Assembly: GCA_013239625.1 (NCBI GenBank)
Contig: MU055928.1
Location: 2,606,499 to 2,670,498 of the forward strand
Source: Lama guanicoe
Taxonomy: Eukaryota
DNA length: 64,000 bases
Direction of reading: 5' to 3'
Shown piece after piece: positions 52,561 to 64,000 of the stretch (positions within the stretch are counted from its first letter, which is position 1; every line of letters begins with the position of its first letter). The notes beneath the pieces were generated by a model. It was given only the letters and a program-made list of their open reading frames with translations, ran no database searches and was not told the origin of the DNA. The position numbers were made by a program, and so were the translations under genes.

Positions 52561-53369
52561 AGGAGAGAGAGTTAACTAAAGTTTGCAGAACGAAAATCTT
52601 CTAATTAGATTTAATAGCAGAGATATAAAAAGTGTCCATGGATCCTGTGCACAGTATGTGAAAAAGACATAAAAAGAGCATGGTCTGTTTATTTTGTAAT
52701 AATCAAAAGGAGAGAAATCCTCTCTAAAAATTTTGGTGTCCTACAATTTAAACTACAGCACTGAGTAGACTAGAATATAAACTGCAGCACTGAATAACAG
52801 ATAAGAATGGGAAACTATATATCTAGCTAAGAAAATGTATAGGAGAGAAATTAGACATTGAAGTTAAGTGGCATTTTCTGGCAAACTCTTAAGATCTCCT
52901 TATTTAATGAATTCACTTGACCAGACAAAGGCACGTGTTAGTACCTTTCCTAAGAACACACTAATTTGAATTCATGAATATGATGAAATTCTGTTTTCCA
53001 GAAAGTACTCAGCCAGTTGGTGAAAAGAACATAGAGGGAAATTAGAGGCAATTTTATCGCTTATCATTATGTAGCTATGTAGTGTTTTGAAAATGAGATT
53101 GAAACATGCTTTGTTGTCTTCTCTCAAACTCTGTGGAGCTTTAGTTTAACAGATTAGAAGATGGATGCATGTGAAGCTCGTTCACTTGTTGCTGTGCCCA
53201 GATCTTCGGTAGATGCAGAGTGCTTCCCCTGTCTTTCTCCCCAAGCTTGCATCTCAAAAGCTGCTCCTTCTCCGGCGCTGAGATCAGTTTTTCGACCTAT
53301 GGGAGGAGATGAGCAAACTTAGTGGTGACCAAGGGAGCCCTTGATGAGATAAAGCAACGGCCTTACCAG

Positions 53370-53530
53370 AGACAATTTGAGGACAAATAAAAGGAATAAG
53401 TCATTTCACCCCTGGGTGGTAAACATATGGAACAATGTTAACTCCAAGTGACAGTGCTCACCGAAGCATAAATGGGTTCAAAGAGGGTTCAGACACACTT
53501 GGGGAGAATTACTTTCTAAAGGGTTATTAA
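53370..53530 (+). mobile_element. L3/CR1 3'-end remnant
   Basis: aggacaaataaaagg...gtggtaaacatatggaac...ataaatgggttcaaagaggg resembles the CR1 3' end. Confidence 0.5.
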
Positions 53531-54832
53531 ATAAAAATCAGGTTTGCTTAGGGAAACTTCCAGGCTCTAGAGACAGACCTCAAGAACTCAAATCCCATTC
53601 CTCTGTCCTCAGGGCGCTGCAGTGACAACGCCTGACACAGAGTGAGTTTCTTTCGTTCTTGTCATGACATCAGAACTAAATTCCAAATTCTGTTACACAG
53701 AGGGAGTTTTTGACAGCCTCCCAGGTCTCGGCACTGACCGCTTTCCTTGGGCTGGTGAGGAAAGGATCTGACTAAGAAATCAGAACCCTGCTTCTCCCTT
53801 TCCCATCCAGATAGACTTTTTAAAATAAAATCAAGGCCCTACTTCCCTTCAAGAGGCCTTTTGGGACTGAAAGTAACTCAGAAAGACCTCCTAACCTACA
53901 GTGCTCTTTTTTATTTTATTTGCAAATTTTAAGCCCAAACTAGTTAACTTCAAAGGAGCTCTGTGCCAAAATCACGGCATTGTTTTCCTAAGGAGGCCTT
54001 ATTGAATGATTGATATTTTGAAGGTTTTCCAGTCCAATGATTTCTTTGCTAAAAACATGGTGTACTCACTCATCTCGGCCTTTGTTGCAAACCAAACCCA
54101 CAGTCTGGACGCTGTCCCCTCGCCCCCTTAATGGTGGAACTGCTAACAAGCAGTGACCACAGTGGCCCATTCCTAGTAAAAAGTGCCCCTCTGAGCTTTG
54201 CTTTTTCCATGCAGATTATGAGCACTGTCATTCATTAGGACTTCAAAGCCTATAAGAGAGTTTACTCCCTTTGGTAGCTGATTTCCCTTATTTCCTGAAA
54301 ATCCATTTGTGGAGTAGTGGAGAATATGAGTCTACTCTTCCTCTTTCCAGAGGTAGAAATGTTCAATAGCCTTTGTGCCATAGAGAAGCCTGAGTTCCCT
54401 TTATTTCCCAATTGACCACAGATAAAGGATCCCTTTCTAAGAACGTTTGTTTTGAAGACCAGCAGGTCCAGAATTTAAACCTACCCCTAAACCAACATTT
54501 TCAATTGGGAGAATATTTATGTTAAAGAAACTTATGCTAATTTTGAATCTGTCCATTCATTAAATGACTTTCCATGGTAATTCATTCCACTTTCTTAGGG
54601 AATAAATTCCTATTGAGAGCTAGAGTGGTGGGTAATACTTCAGGTTTACAGTCAGACTTGCAAGGCTATGGAACCTTAGACAATATACTTAACCGCTCTG
54701 TGCCTCTGTTTTTGCATCCATAAAATGGGCATATGATAGCCCTTAACTCATGAAGTTGCTGTAAAAATTAAATGAACAAATACATGTATGGTGCACTCTA
54801 TGTTACAATTTTAAGTAAAATGTATGTGTCTC

Positions 54833-54977
54833 TTTTTTTTTTTTTTTGAGGTGGGGAGGGAAGTAATTAAGCTTACTCATTTATTTACTTTTTTTTTAGA
54901 GGAAGTACTGAGGATTGAACCCAGGACCTCGTGCATGCTAAGCACGCGCTCTACCACTTTGAGCTATACCCTCCCCC
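54833..54977 (-). mobile_element. Vic-1-like SINE
   Basis: Poly(T) followed by ggattgaacccaggacctcgtgcatgctaagcacgcgctctaccactttgagctatacc. Confidence 0.88.
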
Positions 54978-55221
54978 TGCTTCTCTTTAATACCCTATAA
55001 GAAAGATGCTTAATTTTGACATTTTCATTCTACCATATTTTGTTAAACATAATTTGGTTTTGTTTCGTAAATTCAAAGTATGCTGTAGCAGTATGAGAAC
55101 CGGCCTCAGCACTGGAAGAGATGGGTTCAAATCTCAACCTTGATACTTACTAGCTCTGGGGCCTAGACTCATTACCTCATCTCCCTGAGCCCCAGTTTCT
55201 CCACAGAAAAAAGGATGATGC

Positions 55222-55510
55222 TGGTAGCTGAATGGACTGAATGTGTGCTCCCCAAAATTCATCCGCTGAAGCCCTAATCCTCAGTGTGATGGTATTTGGA
55301 GGTAAGCCTTTTAGAAGGTAATTAGGTTTAAATGAGGTTATGAGGGGAGAGCCCCCACGATGGAATTTGTATCCTTTTAAGAAGAAAGACTACAGCACAC
55401 TCTTGCTTTTTCGTGCTCTCTCTCTCCTCAACCCCCGCCAATCCTGACCAAATGAGGACACAGCCAGAAGGCAGCCCTCTGCAAACCAGGAAGAGTCCTC
55501 CTCAGACTCC
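55222..55510 (+). mobile_element. MLT1A/B-type LTR fragment
   Basis: atggactgaatgtgtgctccccaaaattcat...gaagccctaatcctcagtgtgatggtatttggagg. Confidence 0.7.
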
Positions 55511-55565
55511 AGACACAGACTTCATCAAAATTTTAGCCAGGCACAGAGCCAGACAGAATAAAGGC

Positions 55566-56904
55566 CAGGGCCAGCCTCATGGACATGCGACCTATATAAT
55601 AGCCTCACAGGCCCCACAAGCAGAAGGACCCTGCACTTGGTTTAATTCTCTGCTGTTGGCATCTTGGATTCTTCATAATTTTATCATGAAACCTGTGTTT
55701 TGTAAGTGAAGTCTGATGGGACAGTGGAGCATGTGGGTGAGCAAAGAACATACGTGTGATGCACGTGTTCACCATTTCTTGCCACCTTATCTGCACATGG
55801 TGCTCACGATGCCCTGAGAGCATAGGGTTCCGGTGGGCCCACAGTACACAGGAGTCAGGAGGACTCAAAGCAAGTCCAGAGGTAAGTGTGTGTTATGAGT
55901 TTCATGGTGAATGTTTGTGTTTCCCCATAATTTATGTGTTGAAATCCCAGCTCCCACAACGGACGGTATTAGGAGGTAGGGCCTTTGGGAGGTGCTTAGG
56001 TCATGAGAATGGAGCCCTCAGATATGGAATTAGTGCTTTTATAAAGGGCCTCACAGAGCGCCCTCCACCATGTGAGGACACACGAAGAGGGTGCCAGCTC
56101 TGAACCAGGAAGAGGGTCCTCATCAGAAGGTGACCATGCTGGTGCCTTGATCTTGGATGTCCCAGAACTGTGAGAAATAGATTTCTGTTGTTTATAAGCT
56201 CCCAGTCTGTGGTATTTGTTGTAGCAGCCTGCACAGGCTGAAATGGAGTAAACAGTGCACTGACAGTCCCCAGAGGCCACACTTACCATTCAAACCACAA
56301 CTTTCTTCAAATAGAAAACAAAGGCAATGGAGCTCTAAGACACATGAATGACCAAGGAACATTGTCCTTGTGTTAACTCCCTGTGTTCACCAACCTGTGT
56401 TTACAATGAGAATGATGACATAGAAGGAAAGAGAAAGATAGGGCAACTTATTGCTCCTATTTCTTTCAGTGCTTCCTTCCTCATCGGTAAGCTGAAGGTA
56501 GAGGGTGTTGGCAGGAAGTGTGCACATCAAGAAGTAAAATAAAAAATAATTGAGTTAGCTTTGTGGGAAGTTTCCACTGTTCTCATAAGAAGTCCTAATA
56601 TGTGTACATGCTACCAAGTACAAAGTGTGGAATTTCAGTGTTTCCACATGAAAGTGGCATGCTCTTTCATTTGCATTTAAAACAGACATTGCACAATAGA
56701 AAGACTGGTAAAATTCAAGTGCTAGTAATTTAAAATTTTAATTTTTCTTTACTCAGAAAAAAACACCATGACAAGTCAAGAGAGAGATCACAAAAAAGGG
56801 GGAAAGCTTTACACTTTAAGTACCTTTAACACTTCTGTATTTTGTAAAAGGAGCTACATATTTTCATTTTACACTGGGCACTGCAAATTATGTAGCCAAC
56901 CTGG
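55566..56904 (+). mobile_element. Long MER45-family hAT element with 8-bp TSD, containing an MLT1A LTR
   Basis: Ends cagggccagcctcatgg and ttttacactgggcactgcaaattatgtagcc. TSD ataaag(g/a)c at 55558-55565 and 56905-56912. Confidence 0.7.
55891..56245 (+). mobile_element. MLT1A-type solo LTR (ERVL-MaLR)
   Basis: tgttatg...tatgtgttgaaatcc...gggcctttgggaggtg...ccatgtgaggacac...cagaactgtgagaaata...gtggtatttgttgtagcagcc. Confidence 0.8.
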
Positions 56905-58164
56905 ATAAAGACCATATTTCCCTGGCTGTCTGGCAGCTACATGTAGCTTTGTGACTTCCTGCAAGCAGATTCCTGTGGCAGCTTCAAAAGCTTCAGCCTT
57001 TGCCCCTTTTCTTTGATCCTTTCTCCACCTGCAAGGTAGGTAGGTGCTGCCATCTTGGACCATGGGTTCAAGAGCCCCTCCACCCCCAGGGTTGGTAAAG
57101 CAGTGAGTTGGGAGAAGCCAGGGTCCCTGAGGCTTTGTGAACAGGAACCACCATACAGGCCAAGCCTGTGTGTAGAATGGATTCCATGAAATGACTCATG
57201 TGAATGTGTGTGTCTATACCAGTCACTCAATGAATGCCTAGAATTTTGTTTTTTATTCTTTGTTTCTTGGTGAACTAAGGAAAGAAATATTATTCTTCAT
57301 ATCTTTCTTAGGAACAGTTCAGCGCCCTCAGACTATCTGCCATCCCCAGCACGGGGGTCACTGATGCAAGTCCCCGCTTCCCACTGCTCACTGGACCGGA
57401 CAGGGCCTTTTATGCAGATGTCACCTGACTCCGCTGTTTCTGTGGCACCTATCACAGTAAAAGCTGAGCTCTAACACCTGCAGGGGGAGTTTTTAAGTCA
57501 TTCAGACAAGAGAGTATTGACACCATCTACTAAATTCCAGCTCTGAGAAACAAGGTGCTCCTCTGCAGAAGGTGTCAGCAGGGCATTGTGCAGAAGCCTG
57601 GAGGAGCCTTTTCTGCCATTTCCTCACTGTGCTGCACAGAATTAAATCGACAGACTTTAAGGAGTCAGGATTGGCTGACTTTCAACACCCTTAAAAAAGG
57701 TGCCAAGTTGGGAGGAGATCTGGTCATGATGCCTTTATATATCAAACATCCGTAAGCTCTTATCTTTAATCAGCGCACTAATGTGCTTCTGTTGGTATTT
57801 TCTTTTCCCTCTCTGTCATGGTATATGTTCCCAGAGTAGATTAAAGATGACAATGATAAGAAACTCACGGCATCATTATTCACGGTGTTCCTGACTATAC
57901 CTCTAGGCTGTGAGTTAACAGAGGGCTGGGTTGACTTTGCGCTCCTTATTTATATCTGGTGGCTAGTGTGTGGCTGGCACCTAACAAATGTTCATCAAAT
58001 GTTCACTTAATTAACTAATTAACAAAAGAACCAGTGAATGAACAAATAAATAATTTTAGCAGATGCTCCTAAAACCCATTTTAAGATGACCAAAGTTCTA
58101 AGAGCTTGTAAATTGTCTTTTTCCACAGGGTTCAAATTTTCTGATGAGCATATACCATTTCAGA

Positions 58165-58330
58165 TGTGAGTCCAGACCAACAGCATCAACATCCCCTGAA
58201 AGCTGGTTAGCTATGAGAGAGCTGGTTAGCTATGCGGAGTCCCAAGCCCCACCCCAGACCTGCTGAGCCAGAATCTGCATTTTAACCAGACCCTCAGGTG
58301 ATCTGCATGCACACTACAGTTTTAGCAGCA
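58165..58330. mobile_element. MER5A-like element with an internal 19-bp-period tandem duplication
   Basis: ccaccccagacctgctgagccagaatctgcattttaac. The sequence agctggttagctatg is repeated at 58201 and 58220. Confidence 0.7.
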
Positions 58331-59606
58331 AAGCTGAATACAACTCAACATAATATTTTCATTAAAGAAAGTCTCAGACAGTGACCATCGGGTGCTCGTT
58401 GCCATTTGGAAGGTAATTTTGATGCAAATCATACGCAATTCTTACCTTCCACAGTCCTCTAGAAACAGCTTAACATTTCCTTATTTTTTCATTTCAACAA
58501 TGGGGCATGGAGCAGTGACAAGTCCCTCCGTCTCCACTCCCTCCCCCAGCCCCGGGGCCACAAAGCCTGAGCTCTGAGGTTCTGCGTGAGGTAGAGAAAT
58601 ATAGATTCCTCAAGAGCTGCTATTCAAGCCCTAAGCAGCATGTGCCAATGTTCCACCCACAATTCTGGTGCAGTCTCCTTGAAGCTGCACATCTGGCTGT
58701 CACACACTCTTTTGTGGGGACATCTCAATGGCAGCACTGATGCTCCCTCTGCCCGGGGCCAACCCTACAGTGGCCTCCCTGTCCTCCCAGCATGTGATGT
58801 CATGAGCATGAATGTCCTGCCAAACATTTAAGATGTTGCAGTTACATTGTGTACATTGTATAGAGAAACACTGACACGCAGATTTGAAATTAAAAAAAAA
58901 AAAGAAAAAACAGGGCAAGATAAAACCAAACCTTGTTCTATTGTTATCCCTAACCACCAATTCAACACAAATATGTAACTTGTATTCTTAAAGAACACAG
59001 TCTTCTTTTTTTTTTTTTGCTGTCGTTGTAACTGGCATTCATAGATTCAGAGATTTCCTTGAAACATTCTTTCTATAATTTGGTTTCTATCAAATTCTTA
59101 GATAGCGTGAGCAGAACTAGTTCATTTCAAATCAAAGATCCCCTGCATGCAGGTCTCTTCAGAACAGGACAAAGACTCAGGGGAAGCTGGATGTAACTCT
59201 CAGTCATCTTGCCTCCGAGGACCATCCAAGAGGGACGAGGGAGGGGATTGGCTGCACTACAGAAGGATGTGAGAAAGAGGCCTGCCCTTCACTGTTTATC
59301 AGAGTGTGGCATGGGGACCACCTCGTCAGAATCACTGGGGATGCAGAATAAAAATGTAGACTCTTGGGTACCAACCCACATCTATTGAGTCGGTGTCCTG
59401 GGTGAAGAGAGAGAATCTGCAATTCACCTGACGTCCCAGTAGTGATTCTTATACTGGAGAACAAAGACTTCACAATTAGACTTAAATCCAATATTAGTTC
59501 TATATAGGGGCAACTTGACCTTGACAAATAACCTACACTCTCTACATGTCATTTTCCTCATCTATACACTGGGGACTGTGGGGAGGATTTAGCACAAACA
59601 GATCTC

Positions 59607-59645
59607 AAGAGCAGGACTTAAAAAAAAAAAAAAAGAGCAGGACTT
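59607..59645 (+). mobile_element. Solo poly(A) insertion with perfect 13-bp TSD
   Basis: aagagcaggactt (59607-59619), then A13, then aagagcaggactt (59633-59645). Confidence 0.75.
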
Positions 59646-59835
59646 CCCTTTTTCCTGTTTTTCAGGTAGAGCTCCTTGGGTCTGCTGTTTTACCTGTGAC
59701 TGGGGTTACTGTCTTCCCCTGGTGACAATTACTGTCACTGTAAGTGCCAGGTTATAATGGAGCTGTAATGAGGGCAGCTAAAACCATCAAGATTGAGTCC
59801 CTCTTTTGTTACTGAGACAGAATGTGTTGTTCTGT

Positions 59836-60147
59836 AACCATGATGTCCAATCCAGCAGCCACTAGCCATCCATGGCCACTGAGCACTTGCAGCATGGCCA
59901 GTGTCAGCGGAGATGTGCTGTAAGTGTAAAACACACCCTGGAATCCAAAGACTTAATACAAAAAGAACATAAAATATCCCATTAATAACTGACCATATGA
60001 GGATATGATAATATTTTGGATGTACTGGATTAAAATAGAATATATTAAAATTAATTTCATTCATTTGCTTTTAGCTTTTTTAATGTGGCTCCTAGAAAAA
60101 TTTTAAATCACATGTGTGGTTGATGTTATATTTCTACTGGACAGTGC
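59836..60147 (-). mobile_element. MER33-like hAT-Charlie element
   Basis: tgtccaat...gccactagcca...aaaattaatttca...ttttaatgtggct...ggacagtgct. Confidence 0.7.
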
Positions 60148-61349
60148 TCTTCTGGAGGAACAGCTAGCTGCCCCCCCCCACCGCCTCCCTCACACTGATA
60201 ATAAAACCCTGTGCTGGAGTTATGACCTCCAAAATGGGATTCTCTCACTAGGCCGGCAGCGATCACTAGGAGAGATTGGGAGCGCCTCTCCTCCTGCTGC
60301 AGGGGAAAGTGGGGCTCAGGCAGCACACCCCCTCACGTGAGAAGGCAGGCAGCAGCCTCGGAGAAGGAGGCGGGTGAGTGGGCACACGCATCCGTAAGAG
60401 GACACTTCCCATTCAAGCCAGCGGTTGTGAGGAGGGCAAGGGATGTGGGGACCTACAGCCCTCCTTGTCCACGCCCCTCAGTGCCTCTTGCTCCATTCGT
60501 GTCCACTGCCATTTCACTCTGACAAGTTTTTATGAGGCAAGGACGGCCCTCCAACATCATCACATAACTTGTGTCCTTACAAACACTGTATCATAACTCA
60601 GCAAATATTTTGGTCAACATGAAGATTGTCTTTTCTCCATAAGTAATTTAGAAATTGTTTCCACTAAGCTATAATCTCCTAATGTACACAAATATCTACA
60701 AAAAAATGACTAACCCAAATGGATATTTCCAAAGAGGAAACTTTTGCCAATTATTATACTATCAGCTAACAAAATTAGTACTTTTGGAAAAATACTGCCA
60801 AAATAGATTGTAATCTTTTTTTTCTTTTTTAGAGCAGATTCATAACTAGACAGAGTTTCTAGAAAAGAAAATAAACAAAAATCCATTCAATATATTTGTC
60901 TTTCTTCAAAATTCCCAAACATCTACATGCATATGTTTGAGTGAAATGCATGAGATATTTTTACCTAAAGATCCAATAAAATGAGATTGTTTTATAGTTC
61001 CCTTTATACGTAGGCAATTTCTTTACTAAGTGTTCAGAGTAGATAAAGGATTTTAGCGTGTAATGCTCGGCACTTGGTACACAATGGCTGCCTTTTTATC
61101 TATGACAGAGGATCCATAACATCGCTCCACTTAAGAAACCTAGAGAGCATTTAGGTTATACTTTTATCACCATGCATTACCACCATGATACAGTGAATAA
61201 AATATAACTTTTTAATTATTCAGGGCAGTGCAGAATGACTTGTTCTTGAATCACTGTCCAGGTTCCCTATAAATTACTAGTAGAGATTAATGAAAAAATT
61301 TCATATTGATGGATGATACCTCTGGATGCAACAGAATATTAAAGGCCAG

Positions 61350-62406
61350 TTTTGCAGACAGTCTGTTATTTTATTGCACAGATTTCATTTAAAGAACAAA
61401 ATGCACCATCAATGTTTGGAGAGTTTAGGGCCTCAGATACTGATACGCCACTAGTGTTTACACCCGTAAAGCCAAATTCAACAGTACAATTTATGTTAAA
61501 CAATATCACTTCAAGACAGCTAACAGAATGAAAATAGAGAGAAAGGGAGAAAAGCTTTAAAAATGTGTTAAGTTGAAGCATATGCAAGTGTAGGATTAAA
61601 AACTACATCATACAAACCTGGAAATCAAACATGTTTTGTGGAATGTCAGAGTTATACTCACTTGTACTGTTACTTATGGTATCATTAAAGTCTGTTTGGT
61701 TCATTTCCTTCATACTGACGAGTTGAGAATTTCAGGAAAACCATGGTTATAAAAATGATCAATCTTGAAAAAGTATGTACAGATAAATGTAAAACCACAA
61801 ACTAAAAAACATCCCCACCCCTTGCCCTCAACTTACAAAAGGGAAACTTCCCCGTGGAGGGAAAGTTCCACGATTCCCCTCCCTCCCCCGCCCCATGTCC
61901 CCAATTCTGTCTTTTTCTGTTGCTTACAACTAAATGACCTTGGAGCTGAGAGGAGGGAGGGAACAGAGAGGCATCTTTATGAGGCTCCCATTGTCATCTG
62001 TAACAGTTTGAAAGTGTCTTTTATTTCTCTACCCACACCCAGCTCAGCAATGTTTGCAAGACATTTAAAATTTAAAGAGAGAGAGGAACTTTTTTTTCAT
62101 ATATATATGTATATGTATACATACATATACATATATATGACAAAAGAATACCTAAGAGAGAAGAGCTAATAGTGGGCAAGACCATGAAAAACATATGTGG
62201 CATTATTTGAGCTAAAGATTTCTTGTAAGGCAACAAAAGGAGAGTGGGGTGTTAAGACTACAAAATGCCAGATAGGATGCTTTTTTAGACCTTTGGCTTT
62301 GGAGCCTAGCAGAGGAGTGGGCTTCCCACCCCCTCACTGTGGCAAGCAAACCTAGGGCCAGGGGCCCAGTATCGACAGCACCTCCGTGGGCAGGCCAGCA
62401 GCTCTC
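61350..62406 (-). other. CLDN11: CLDN11 3'UTR to the proximal poly(A) site (a longer distal form is possible)
   Basis: Downstream of the TAA. AT-rich, with a TA-rich microsatellite near 62100-62138. Confidence 0.65.
61370..61375 (-). terminator. Putative polyadenylation signal of CLDN11
   Basis: TTTATT on + equals AATAAA on -, about 1.03 kb after the stop codon. Confidence 0.65.
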
Positions 62407-62639
62407 TTATACATGGGCACTCTTGGCATGAGTAGGGGAACTGGAGCCGGAAGAGTAGTAGAAACGGTTTTCACCAAACGACTGGGCATCTCCAGCGCAG
62501 CAGACGATGACACAGCCACCCACGAGGCACAGCACAGCACCGATCCAGCCCGCATACAGGGAGTAGCCAAAGCTCACGATGGTGGTCTCACGGTGGGCGC
62601 ACACGGGAAACCAGATGGTGGCAACCATGGCACAGAGAG
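62407..62639 (-). CDS. CLDN11: Claudin-11 (oligodendrocyte-specific protein), last coding exon, 233 bp
   Basis: Minus-strand acceptor tgtctccccag (CT at 62640-62641 on +). Encodes (A)LCAMVATIWFPVCAHRETTIVSFGYSLYAGWIGAVLCLVGGCVIVCCAGDAQSFGENRFYYSSGSSSPTHAKSAHV*, the claudin-11 TM3-TM4-C-tail. TAA at 62409-62407. Confidence 0.96.
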
Positions 62640-64000
62640 CTGGGGAGACATGGAGAGGGCTGTGACTGGGCATACCCATCACACACCAAGCTGCGAGCAG
62701 GCTCCCCTTACTCCACGTACACACCCCTCTGGCTTCCAACCAACTCCCAAAACTCAGTACATACAGCTCTGATCCCTCAGGGGCAATCTGAACCTGAAAG
62801 TTTGCACCTACAGAATAAGCAGATCAAAAGCTTATGTCAGACTGTTAGGTCCGTATTTTTTCAACAGGTGGCAGAGACAAAACAACTCCAATGTAAAAAC
62901 CTAGAAACAAATCATTTAAGTCCAAAAAATATGTATTTGTATTTACACATGTATCTTGACTATATATACCTATTGATATAATTTTATTATTTCACTTACC
63001 TAATTGCATTATAATTATCTCTTTACAAGTTCTGAGTTCCTTGAAGGCCAGGTCCATGTCTTACTTATGTTTGTAAAATCAGTGTTTAGCTAAGCAAGAA
63101 GCACATAGTATGTGCTCAGTGTATACCAGTGACATGATGGATGACTTAAGCTATTCAGAAATGAGAAACAAGATGGTGCCCACTTCAATTTGTACTCCAT
63201 TTTTTCATTTTGGTCAATTCACAGTACAAAGACCCAAGGAAGCTATGCAAATTCCCTTGCTGTGGTGAGTACTGCTGGACATCAGCGGAGTATCAGCTAA
63301 GAATCTGAGTTTGCATTATGCTGTTCACAATCACAAGATATCAACACACATGAACAGTTCTGAGTAAAAGAAGTTATCCACTGAAGGATTTTTATAATGA
63401 TGATATTTGTTGTGGGTCACAATGGTAGAACTTTATGGTCTTGCACCAACCAGCCTAACTTTCAGATTTGGTTTAGATTTTAAAGAATAAGATAAGAAAC
63501 AGCCTCTGCATCATTTAATTCTTCCCCTTCTCCTAAGCAAAGTAACGAAACAGGGCAGGCAGGAGTCTATAAAGACTTAAAAATATTTCAAACCTCTACC
63601 CTGTCAAATAGACAGTGGGCTATGTGGGCTACTGAAGGTTTCTTATGAGGCAAGTGAGACTGAAAACCAAATTTTAAACTTTAATTAATTTAAATTTAAA
63701 TGACCACATATGCCTAGTGGCTAATGTACTAAACAACAAAGCTTTAGACAAAGTAACTCCATACTTTTTTTAATATCATCTGATTTCTCACAACTGCAGC
63801 AGAACAGAAATTTTAGTCAAAGCTTTAAGTTGGGATGGCACATTAAAGTTGACAGTCCAAAAAAATAATGATGATGATGATGTGTCCAATCATTATTCAG
63901 AAAGCCTTTAGCAAATTCAAAGCAGTGGGTTGCAATGTTTGCTACCTGGGGTAACCTTGTCACTTTTAACTCAATAAACTTTTTCTGATTTCTGCTCATA

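Noticed and set aside
1..64000. Hundreds of 60-200 aa ORFs in the supplied track
   Set aside because: Many use GTG/TTG starts and have no recognisable domains. Apart from those overlapping SLC7A14/CLDN11 exons or L1 ORF2 remnants, they are what chance gives in mammalian non-coding DNA.

Overview
This window is mammalian genomic DNA, most likely from a camelid: it holds three copies of a tRNA-Ala-derived Vic-1-like SINE. On the + strand it carries the 3' part of SLC7A14, a lysosomal CAT-family transporter. Six coding exons are present (inferred exons 3-8: 11047-11283, 13064-13281, 21948-22094, 24592-24800, 25682-26559, 37331-37653), all with AG/GT boundaries and consistent phases, followed by a ~6.5 kb 3'UTR ending near AATAAA at 44124. 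On the - strand, converging on it, is the last coding exon and 3'UTR of CLDN11 (CDS 62407-62639). The rest is intron and intergenic DNA with SINEs, L1/L2/L3, MLT LTRs, hAT/Tigger DNA transposons and an 80-N assembly gap. Almost all ORFs in the supplied track are chance ORFs. The most interesting unexplained signal is a CpG-rich promoter-like island inside the SLC7A14 3'UTR. It has E2F, NF-Y and NRF1 motifs and a strong antisense splice donor. Other leads are a cluster of miR-182/96 seed matches in that UTR, a 36-bp direct repeat in intron 5, candidate lysosomal sorting motifs, and several ultra-short retrotransposition footprints. No prokaryotic system, CRISPR array or clearly novel gene was found. 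Repeat family names come from recalled consensus sequences and need RepeatMasker/Dfam confirmation.
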